In this document: positions 53,701 through 64,000 of the stretch, piece after piece
Position numbering within the stretch: position 1 is the stretch's first letter
Layout: each line of letters starts with the position of its first letter
DNA from: Trichoplax adhaerens
Taxonomy: Eukaryota > Animalia > Placozoa
Assembly (NCBI RefSeq): GCF_000150275.1
Contig: NW_002060947.1
Coordinates: 7,859,880-7,923,879, forward strand
DNA: 64,000 nucleotides
Direction of reading: 5' to 3'
Notes under the pieces: generated by a model
The model's input: only the letters and a program-made list of their open reading frames with translations
Told to the model about the DNA's origin: nothing
Databases searched by the model: none
Position numbers and translations under genes: made by a program

Positions 53701-56700
53701 AAATTTAAACTTGTATGTGAACAATACTGATTATACATAAAAGACTAGTTGAACTGAGTAAAATTACTGTGAGCTCAATAAAATGTATGATAGTTTTGAT
53801 ATCCAGACAGTAAAAGAATGAAAGATATGACTATAAATTATTTGCAGTATTAAGATATCCTGGCCACGATTAATGGTTATTACTACCGCGAGCAAACATC
53901 CTTTTATGCTTTAGATAATAGTTTGCTATAATAAAGGATTCCATTGAATTGGTTATAATAACAAGTTAATAACTTTACGGATTATAATACCGTAATTACT
54001 GCAGATCCACATAGTCTAATACTTCATGAATAGAAGAGAGTAATTATAAGAAGTACAATCAGACAGACAGTAATGGCAATGTTTTCAAACTTAAAGTTAT
54101 GATATAGTACTATTGACGATAACTAATATGAGATACTGTGAAAATACAGCCATCGTATATAGCCAATCCAATATTATTGGTCACAACTATTTAATTAAAT
54201 CATAAGCAATGTATTGACGTATAGCATGTTGTGGGCAGCAAATAGAACTACGCAGGGCAAGATAGTAGCCTAATTGTTGTGATAATAATCCATTATAGAA
54301 TTAAATGCTTCTGTTGCTATGGCTTATTGATTCAGTGGTGTGAATAAGTTACAAGAGCAATAAGACAGGTAGATGAACATTGCCAAAGTACGGTCAATCA
54401 TCAATAGTAAACATAGATGAGTAATTCAATAGCGATCGCATCTTTGATAGCAAATGCTGGTTAAAATTGAACGTGATAAAAAAATAGAGACCATTGAATT
54501 TCATTTTACGATAAAGCTTAAATCAAGAAAGTTCAAATTGTACTTTACAAATTGATCCACATTACAAAGAAGCTTACTAAGGTCAACCAGGTTGCTATTA
54601 ATAGATATTGCGAAATAACTGATTGTTTAATGTTCGATATAGCGTAACTAAAATTATTATTCGTTTCAGGCCAAAGAATAGAAAGCGCACCGGTATCAAA
54701 CTCTATCGCAAGATATATAATTATGACCTTCAATATTAGTTTAATATGTTAAGATACAATTAAGCTTGCTAACGTTTAGTTTAAAGCTTTCGAGAAACAA
54801 GTGTAAGAAGTTATAGCAATGTTATTACCACTTTTAGTTTAGTATACAAGGTCATACTAAGAAAATTGACCAATTTTAAGTGCTGTATACAGCTATGGTA
54901 GCTAATGTATGATAGATTTGATTTTTCTTGTAAACGTCGACTATAACAGCGTTGCTAATAAGAAGAATGCTGCAATTATCATGTTTACTTTACTTGATTA
55001 AACATTCTGAAACTCTAGTCATAACAATTTTTTCGAAACGTACGAAATGATGAGTGCCATTCATAAAATGAAAAACATTCAAGGCTATAAAAATCTAATG
55101 AATATATTACAATAGATTAGCTATTCACATTATGCTACTATTGCTAAGTAACATGGACAACTTTGATCATAGACTTAACAGTGATGGAGATGACCAAAGT
55201 ATTATACATACATACAATGTCGCTAAAAGATTTTACGGAAATTTTCAAAAAGTTAAAAAAGAGCTAATTTTAAACTGTTGTCAGTCATAGAATTGAATAC
55301 CTAACATTAAGATTGCTGTTGAAATTGTTCAATTAATACATTAGTAAAATATTTTATTACCGTAGGATTTGCTGATTCACCAGGGTTGTTGAAAGCAGTA
55401 TGATTTGGCACCGTATTAATGCGATTTCCCTCATGAAATTGATTGCGTACAGCTTCTGCAGTTAGAGTAAAACGTCCATTTTCATTCGCATGAGCTGTCA
55501 TTTGATTCAAAAAACATTAAAAATATTGTCAGACAATATCCATTGGAAACAAAAGTCTCATCGCGAAGCTTTTACTTTAGTCTGTAATTAGAATTATAAG
55601 TTAGCGGAAAGCAATGTCATTCCAGTCACTATCTTGCTGGGAAATTAAGCAATATTATGAATTATCGATGAGGTGTATGAGAATGAGTGCATTGCGATAA
55701 AGTTGCACAGTTGTTTAGGCATGTATACTTTTAATTTCATTTTTTTAATATTGGCATCTGCAATCTGTAAGGCTTACTCACAATATGGGCTAGGAATGGA
55801 AGATCACAGTGCATTGATGATTTAATATCAATAAGTTATTGGTGCTAATATTACTATGAATAAGCTAACATGATATATAAAATCTCTTCGGAAATGTTAC
55901 TCATCCGCAAAAGGTGTCATGTGAATACAGTGCAGAAACAATATCATCAAGAATAGTAAGATATAACTATCCTATGTTATGTCAATTCTTTCCTACTAGT
56001 GAATTGTAACAAGATCATTTGTTGGATAAAGTAATATGGTTCAATTTTCCAGTATGATAGCAGGTGCAACCACTACCATGTACATCAATGTTGTTCAGGA
56101 TAAGATTTAGACTACCGTCAGGGTTCAATTAGTAAAGTTCTAGTTCACTGTATTGTTTTTGATAGACTGGCATATACGAGTAATATCTATTTGTAAGCTA
56201 TAACAATATCATTTCTTATATACTTTGTAAGATTCATTTTTAACTCTCACTCTCACTGTAATAGCTTGAAGCGAGTGGCTACCGCGATAATGAATTAATA
56301 CGTGTGTGGGTATACGCGTCTGTAATAAGATAGAGATATCAAGATGGATTATTCTAAGATAGAACTGTTAGCTAGATCGATTCTATCAATGTAGTGCAAT
56401 GCTAAGCTGTACCAATACTACTACAATAACTAGAGTCGATCAAAATAGCATCATTTGGATGTGGCATACATATTGCATCAATAAATATCTCTATATTATC
56501 TATTAGTGGAAGCTGCACTCGTTCTATTTCGCGTACTTGTAAGCATTTGTACTTTAAACATTACAATTGATCAATGTCACTTGGTACTGAGCATAGCATG
56601 TACAATTATACATATGACTTTATCTGATTGATCATGACTGCGTGTATCTATGCGTAGTCGAGTATATCTATAGACCATGTAGCTCAGCATAAGAAGATAT

Positions 56701-57445
56701 AACCCTTAGTTAGATCACTTGCGTTGATATCTTTTTTCGCTATCAAAATGATAAAAGTAGTTACTGAATATAGTGAATAATGTTACAGACTGTTAATTGA
56801 ATATACAGTATTGGTATTTCATTTTGATGTTGACCAGTTAGCCTATCGCTATATTAAGATACAGCAATGTAGGCTAAGATGGATGATATCTTGTAGCAGT
56901 ATCATTGTAGAGTAAGCAGTACAAATACGACCAGTATGCAAAGGATGACGAGAGTGAGTTCTTGTAGGATACATTAGTACTGGATGTATTTGCATATAAC
57001 GGATAGAAGCTGTGTATTCAACCTCAACCTGCGAGTTGGATAGCACTTTGATGTTTTCCTTGTTTCATAAAAGTAGTAGTACTGTACTCGTCCATTGAAT
57101 CCATCAACAGTTGCAATATTGTAGTTTAGACAAGTAGTTTAGATAAGTAGTTTAGACAAGAAATTTCTACCGATCATCATGCATCTCAACAATAACCTAT
57201 TGATGTGATACAACAGTGGATTGGAAGTCTGCCCTGTCCATCTACCCAATTTATTTTTCAATTTTGTTAAGAGTATTACGATTGATGATACCTATTGTAC
57301 GTCGTTGCAAGTATTTGTTGTAGAGATAAGTTGACGAGATTGCTATGACCAGACCAGCTGCAGCACCCAGACCAAAATAAATTGATTCATATTTGGAAGT
57401 GGATAAAAGATGGATTTCACAAGCCTCTTCCGATAGTGCTTCCAT
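50763..57445 (-). CDS. N-terminally membrane-anchored ZZ-type zinc finger plus NCS/calcineurin-B-like EF-hand protein
   Basis: Exon 1 (57445 to about 57291) encodes MEALSEEA...IYFGLGAAAGLVIAISSTYLYNKYLQRRTI. Later exons: about 55.36-55.50 kb; NLLSLLYCIADDKAVK (53.1 kb); DGFSHRGIVCNSCGMNPICGIRYK|CANCSDYDVCERCE...HNKMHVFLKIKIP (ZZ, 52.5-53.0 kb); EINGLYEQF; FFDRNGNGYIDFNEF; YDLDGSGYISKENL; GDLNRDGRLSFDEF...WFEALGTIF-stop at 50763. The link between exons 1-2 and the ZZ exons rests on phase compatibility. Confidence 0.8.
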
Positions 57446-58019
57446 GCTGTATCCACGTCGAATTGACGTTGGAGCCTTATCCGGTAGGTGGCGTTGATCT
57501 CTCCACAGTCGGTTGGTGAAGCCAATTGCAATGACGAGACGAAAGTAAGCACTGTCGATTACTGCTCCAATACAGTACAGTATTGAAATGATGACAGTCG
57601 TCTATGCGGAAGTAGCCTAGCAGTTGAATGTCAATTTCCGATTTTCTCTTGGTATGATGAACAAGTGTTGAAGTAGGAAGTGAAATTGGCTAATCAATGG
57701 TGCACTATCGCACGTCGATGTGTATCCTTGAATGATCAATAACCTTTTGAATTACCCTTGCGTACAGGGAAATGCGATTAGCAGTCCAGTTTCAATTTTC
57801 TACGGGAATGATCATTTGCAAGACAGTTGAAGTATTCATTGAAAAGATTGCGGTAGTGCAATCATCATCGATAGCGAAAGCAATATCATCGCATTTGCAC
57901 CATTTTAGCATGCAGCTTGATTAATTGCAACACTCTTGAGCCCAAATGCGATGCAGTGACGATGGACGTTGTGCAACAGGCTTGGTATCCACTCACTGAC
58001 AGTCATTGCATGCTTCAAT

Positions 58020-59680
58020 ATCAACACCGATGGTTGTCCAGGTACTGCATGTTCGCACAGTACTGTACGACTGTCCACTCACCAGACTGAGTGCGGTCCG
58101 GTCTGTCCGGACCAGTCCAGTCCAATCTGCTTATTACAGTACAATGTACCGTGACCTGACTGTGCTCTTGTCAAGTACGGGCGACCAACGGAAGGGACAG
58201 AGAGTGCGCAGTGACTTGTCGACAGGAACTGGTTCACAGTACCAAGTACTGTACTTGTCCTGTTCATACTGTGACGTGGATAGTACTGTACACTGTAGAG
58301 TATTGAGGGTTGGAAACAATGATACAGTAGTACAGTGCTGTACTGTACTGTATACTGTCGACCCACACATGCTACAGTAATGTACGGCCATATCTGTCTG
58401 TATCCCACTAAGACATTATCCAAGAATCGGAGCGTTGAAATTGCAGACTGGACGATGTGACACTGTACAGTACTGTGCGGTACAGTATACATCACTGCAC
58501 AATACTGTACAGTACTTGCTCTTAGCACCGAATACTGTACTAGTTATGTTCATACTGGAACATGGATAGTACTGTATTGAGGCATTTGAGGGTTGGAAAC
58601 ATCACATGGTACAGTACTAGACAGTACAGTACTGCCACATCTGTCTGACTGTCTGTATCCCACACTGAACAGTATCCAAGAATCGCAGCGTTTCTATTGC
58701 AGACTGACTTGTAGACGGGAACTTGCTCACAGTACCAAGTACTGTACTGGTCATGTTCATACTGTAGCATGGATAGTACTGCACACAGTACTGTACTGTA
58801 TTGAGGGTTGGAAGCAACCATACCGTAGTACTGTACTGTACAGTGTACTGTACAGTACAGTAGTGGACGACCATATCTGTCTGACTGTCTGTATCCCATT
58901 AGGACAGTATCCAAGAATCGGAGCGTTTCAATTGCAGACTGGGACGATGTTACTCTGTACAGTACAGTACTGTACTGTCAAGTACGGGCGACAAAACGAA
59001 GGGAAAGAGAGTGCGCAGTGACTTGTCGACGAGAACTTTCTCACAGTACCAAGTACTGTACTACTGTAGTCATGTTCATACTGTACAGTAAGATGGAAAG
59101 TACTGTACAGTACTGTACGGTACATTGAGGGTTGGAAACAATACAGGACGGTCATGTCTGTCTGACTGTCTGTATGTCATCAGGACAGTATCCAAGAATC
59201 GGAGCGTTTCAATTGCAGACGGGAACGATGTTACTACAGTACTGTACTGTACAGTACAACACTGCACTGTACTGTACTGTACTGTACGGTACATTGAGGG
59301 TTGGAAACAATACTGGACGGTCGTGTCTGTACAGTACAGTACAGTACAGTAAGATGGAAAGTACTGTACAGTACTGTACGGTACATTGAGGGTTGGAAAC
59401 AATACAGGACGGTCATGTCTGTCTGACTGTCTGTATGTCATCAGGACAGTATCCAAGAATCGGAGCGTTTCAATTGCAGACGGGAACGATGTTACTACAG
59501 TACTGTACTATAGTACTGTACAGTGTACAGTGTACAGTGTACAGTACAACACTGCACTGTACTGTACAGGTGTACTGTACTGTACGGTACATTGAGGGTT
59601 GGAAACAATACTGGACGGTCGTGTCTGTCTGACTGTCCATCCGCACTGTACTGTACTAGTGTACTGTATACTGTACTCTA
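58020..59680. repeat. Complex tandem array (about 230-280 bp units) of conserved blocks embedded in an ACAGT/ACTGT microsatellite
   Basis: TTGAGGGTTGGAA occurs at about 58303, 58586, 58801, 59125, 59294, 59386 and 59592. TATCCAAGAATCG(G/C)AGCGTT occurs at about 58417, 58674, 58909, 59189 and 59450. GTCAAGTACGGGCGAC occurs at about 58170 and 58977. The last two units are near-identical with a 261-bp period. Confidence 0.9.
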
Positions 59681-59867
59681 CAGACCCGCTACCAGTACTC
59701 TGACACCATGGAAGGCGTCAGGCGAAGAATGTCATCACGGTAATGGTACCGTACAGTATTACCGTACCATAGAAATCAAGCGTCACTGCAAGGACGATCG
59801 TGTCACCACTGGCTGCCATCCACCTCCCTGCTCAACCCTTGCCAGCTTACCAACGCAAGACACCAAT

Positions 59868-61238
59868 ATGGCCGGACCATTGAAAAGGGTTAGTCAATCA
59901 ATGTCGATATTAGCGTTGATCCATAACTAAATCCAGGCCAAGTCATAGCAGTAAAATAGGAGATAAAACAGTTATAACAGAATAATAGGAATCTGCCTTT
60001 TGCGATGCTTATCCATCGACGTCCAAGTTACTGTAACCAATCGTCTCCAAGGGATCCTCTTTTGAAGCTTGTCTAACATTTTTCTCTTTATCTTGACTAA
60101 AACAGACAACCAATCTAACTGGATTGGCGGTTGCAACAAATCCTCGTCAGGTAATTTTCTATTCATGATGAGGTAGTCTTACTGTAAAATCATTTTTCAA
60201 GCCATCACAGGATACAACTTAAGCAAAATGATTATCCATGTGATTCAAACTTGTCGTCGCCGTTGGTTTCTAGTCCATGGGTCAAAACGAAGAAAGTCCA
60301 CCACTGATCCATCATACTCTAGTCAACATCATCAATCGAGCTAGCATACAATTGCACAATCAAATGCACTCTTTCATTTTTGTATTGGATACTATTGAAA
60401 TTGAATATTCAAATGCATACGATTGGATCACAATCAATCAATCAATCTTTTGCACTAACTAACTTCCATATTACTCTTTGCACCACTACCCAACAGACGT
60501 TAATATCACTCTATAACAAGGTTTTGACCGCTGTCAGTCAATTGCCACAGGAAGCTGGCTATAGAAGACATACCGAAGAATTAACCAAGAACCGCTTACA
60601 GATTGTTGAATCGGTTAGTAAATACAACACTGTCTGTATCCAGATACATTGTTGTGACGATACTAGTCATCGTAGTTTGTAAATTAGTTTGTTAGTCTCT
60701 TAAATTGTTGATGACATAAAATGTCAATTGAAAATCTGGCTTAATTATTATCTACATACCACCCGTTACAACCGATTATATTCTGGATAGAAAGCACGAG
60801 TCATCCAGACATTGATACAAAATGCTACTGTAATGAACGACTGAATCAACTTGTTCATACGCACTAGGATAACTTTTTACATCCTTGACAATCAATCATC
60901 ATTATAAAATATCACAATTGACCAAGGTCAATCATGTTAGTAATGGTAATCTATTTCTCAAATTCGCTATGAACCATCATAGGAAACAAATACGGAAATG
61001 ATTGAAAAAAAAATTAACAGTGGTCAAGTGGAGGAGCTCATCGTCCAGGTTAGTCTACCACTGGAATAGATCGTGCTAGAGTAGAGCAAAGGCAGCCGTA
61101 GTCATCGATCTAACAGTAGTATTGATATTGCTTCTATAGGCTGAAAGAGAACTCACACTAGTAGAACAGATGAAAAGTTGGCAACCTTGGCAGCCGTTAG
61201 CCGAAGAAGCGCCGTTAAATCAATGGAAATGGCCATAA
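59868..61238 (+). CDS. NDUFA5: NADH dehydrogenase (ubiquinone) 1 alpha subcomplex subunit 5
   Basis: Five exons: 59868-59888 (MAGPLKR), 60106-60150 (TTNLTGLAVATNPRQ), 60497-60613 (TLISLYNKVL...LPQEAGYRRHTEELTKNRLQIVES), about 60983-61048 (IEKKINSGQVEELIVQ), 61140-61238 (AERELTLVEQMKSWQPWQPLAEEAPLNQWKWP-stop). Clear match to the NDUFA5 family pattern. Confidence 0.95.
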
Positions 61239-61369
61239 ACGGAAAAGGATATTTTTATCAAATGGCTGACATTCTTGGATGCTTCAGTTTAATAAATGGA
61301 ATAGCCTATTGGAGTTAGTAAAATGCTAACACCATTAGCAATATAGATGTTTTATCGTTTTTAGTTTAA

Positions 61370-63545
61370 CTTTATCTATGCAGTAAATTACTACCCATCT
61401 CGGGTATTATCAGCATTGCAATGATTCCGTAATATCGGAAATTGTATTTGTAATGGAATGCAAAATTATCCTGCTATTTGGAGTAGATTGAGAGTTTAGT
61501 GCTCGCAACAAACATACACGTATGCCTGCCATACAAAATGGTATTCATGCCTACTAATCCGGTGACGAAGAAAACTATCGCTAACTTCCAACCAATTTTT
61601 CGCCATGCAGTATTATACTGCATATGACTGCTGTACCTTTGACTAAAACAGGAAATGTTACTTTATACCCATTTTTTACTGTCCTAAAGTGTCAATAGTA
61701 CATATAAATCACTTCTCACAAATGAGAAACCTGATATTTTATCCAAATAAATCCTTGGATATCAAAGATCTTTTATTTTCAAGTCATTGCTTAATTAAAA
61801 CAGCTGATATTCGAATGAAAAATTGAAAAAACAAAAAACAGTCATTATTATAATTATAGTATATCAGTAAGGTAACATTAGCATGATATTAAATCTAACT
61901 AGAGTGTAATTGATAATAATATAATGGTAAGAGGTCGAGATAAGTTTGCATCAAATTGTATAAGAATCATACTTCAGCAATCTTTCCACGCATAGCGAGT
62001 TCTGAAAGATCGTAAGCTGATAATCTTACACAATTCCAACACACAGATAGGATTGATAATTTTTATTTATAAGAAGATACTTAGCAAGTTGCTAGAGCGG
62101 ATAATAAATTCTTTTATTATAGAATATCGGTATCAAGATTTACTTGTAATCCTTTCAGAATGAATCTGTAGCTGCTTCAGTTTTTGTAATACTAATTGAT
62201 ATAGCTTTCAATATAAAATCTTAAAATCTTTCTTATTGGATTGATAGATTCAGTAATCATTAATTTCCCTCCAAAAATACCTAAATGCTTTACTATTAGC
62301 GATTGAAATATTGATAAAGGTCAACTTTTGAATACTATGATTGCTTTATCACTAGTCTAATAATTGGATATACAGATTCTCATGACTATGTCTAGAAAGG
62401 TTATTTCAAAGTAAATAACTGCGAACTATTGATCCCCTTCTATTTCAATTGAAACAATTAAAAAGTCACTAAAGGGATTCCTATTTCAAATATGATACTA
62501 TTCATTTGTCCAAGTATTCTTCTCGGAATAAACTGTATAAATACTCGCAAATTGTATATTCTCTGATACTGACAGTATGAGTAAACTTTAATTTATCATA
62601 ATTTGGAAGATTTTGGGTTGATAGTATATCTTTGCCTAAGCGGAAACAGTCTTTAAAATTTAATTTTGTCCTTCCTTGTAATCCATACGTAGTTAGCTCA
62701 TTATCGAATGTGATTGCTCCTCCAATGCATTCCAAAATGCAAACTAGTAAGTCCTCATGTATCGGCAATAGCTAATGACAAACAACGCGTATAAGGAAAT
62801 TAGACAAGAGATAAGTTAAATGAAAATCAGTGCTGTACTCAGTAAATACTGTATACTACGGCAAACATAGTAAGTTCATAATTATATAATTATTTTCATG
62901 GCTAAATAGGATTAAGAGGCTTGCTGTAGCAAGATTAATCTTATCGTTATATATTGTGTAGATATTAGATATAGCATCCATGATAGACAAATCAGGACTA
63001 TCTCTTACCAAGTGTATAATATTGATGAAAACCATAATGGTGGAGATTTGCTCCTGCATTAAAAAATATTGTGTAGTATTTTATACCTTACAGCGGGTGA
63101 ATTAACCTCATATCTTGCCTTCACTTATAATGATAAGTTATGATACACGTATATTTCACCTCACCTTATTAAGGGTGTATAATGCTTTCTTTGGTGAATC
63201 TATATCTTTAATCAGCTTTTCACAGTCACTAGGTCCTATAACGGGTTTCTTCATGTAAAGATGGTGTTATAGATTAGTAAGTAAATGATATAGAAATATT
63301 TACCATTGAAAATTATATTATATATACATTAATTACTGAATAATAATTTAAAGTCTTAAATATAAGGTTCGAGCTGATAATTAGTTTATAGTTTGTAATT
63401 GCAATTTATATGAATACTGAAAATTATTTTAATTCAAGATAAACTACGCAAAGTTATTAGCATAAAGTTTCAGTGTTTAGAATCCTTTCTCAATTACCGA
63501 TAACTGTCTTAACCATGACCACATAAGTTGGACCTGCACCGCCAT
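61370..63545 (-). CDS. Uncharacterised multi-exon protein with a C-terminal hydrophobic (TM-like) segment; boundaries approximate
   Basis: Open exon-like blocks bounded by AG/GT at about 63.16-63.24 kb (PSDCEKLIKDIDSPKKALYTLNK), 62.86-63.01 kb, 62.5-62.77 kb, 62.15-62.2 kb (LYQLVLQKLKQLQ), 61.97-62.02 kb and 61.52-61.64 kb (AWRKIGWKLAIVFFVTGLVGMNTILYG). No family recognised; start and end exons uncertain. Confidence 0.5.
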
Positions 63546-64000
63546 TGATTGTTCATTTAGTAGCTGCCAAGGATTGCATTTACAATTCATTTCATGCTAA
63601 AATCAATTGTAATAAGCAATTAAATTTAGTGTACATCATGTACTGTGTATGAGTACTTAAATTAGCCAACAGAGCTAAGAGTATTCCATTTACGTATTGT
63701 ATTACTCTCACTATCAATAATTTCAACATGATATCTAAGAAAATTGATCGGCTTGGAATGTTACGTACTGTATAATTGTTACAATACCCTTAGTATTGTA
63801 AAGTATAAATTTATAATTTTGGACATTAAAATGTGTCTAAGTAAAAATAGGTCTTAAAATAGGATATTTATGTTTTAGAAAATTCTTATGTATTTACTAA
63901 TATACCGATACCTTACTGATACTCAATTTAGTAAAACTATTATTAGAGTATTTGATATTATGATTATGATTACATGTTTGATCTTATAGTCGCCGAACGT

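Noticed and set aside
58300-58320. tRNA/SINE B-box suggested by GAGGGTTGGAAAC
   Set aside because: It lacks the invariant TTC of the B-box, and no A-box or cloverleaf is evident.
59170-59195. Hammerhead ribozyme (retrozyme) core suggested by minus-strand CTGATGA
   Set aside because: No GAAA after a stem II, and the motif is not kept in the other units (cccattagg, cccactaag).
58020-59680. CRISPR-like look (conserved blocks with variable spacers)
   Set aside because: The spacers are microsatellite variants of each other, lengths are irregular, the context is eukaryotic and there are no cas genes.
57969-59930. Many overlapping Cys/Tyr/Thr/Val-rich ORFs on both strands
   Set aside because: They are translations of the stop-poor ACAGT/ACTGT array, with no splice structure or domain.
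59972-60166. 64-aa minus-strand ORF as a gene nested in NDUFA5
   Set aside because: It is antisense to NDUFA5 exon 2 and intron 1, with no independent support.

Overview
AT-rich eukaryotic (animal) genomic DNA with compact multi-exon genes and short GT-AG introns. The style suggests an early-branching metazoan such as a placozoan (Trichoplax-like); this is inference only. All gene models were spliced by hand. From left to right: (1) a cluster of at least three Eph-receptor-like genes. C is partial and runs off the left edge. A (minus, 4.9-17.5 kb) and B (plus, 18.5-24.0 kb) are head-to-head with start codons about 1 kb apart. A and B have the full Eph ectodomain (signal peptide, LBD, Sushi, EGF-like, 2x FN3) and a TM helix but no tyrosine kinase or SAM domain. 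Both carry a juxtamembrane Cys cluster, followed by a short tail ending in a PDZ-type motif (B) or a long Lys/Arg/Ser/Tyr-rich micro-exon tail with a PPxY motif (A). This kinase-less family is the best candidate for an undescribed system here. (2) A strongly G-depleted repeat-like segment near 25.5 kb. (3) Two tandem secreted DNase I paralogs with a shared E-box/TATA promoter module. (4) A 12 kb intergenic region with repeated AP-1 sites and degenerate duplications. (5) A TIMP that has lost the Cys1-Cys70 pair needed for inhibition. (6) A membrane-anchored ZZ-zinc-finger/EF-hand gene head-to-head with NDUFA5, separated by a complex ACAGT/ACTGT-rich tandem array. (7) An uncharacterised minus-strand gene near the right end. 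No rRNA, tRNA or CRISPR array was recognised.
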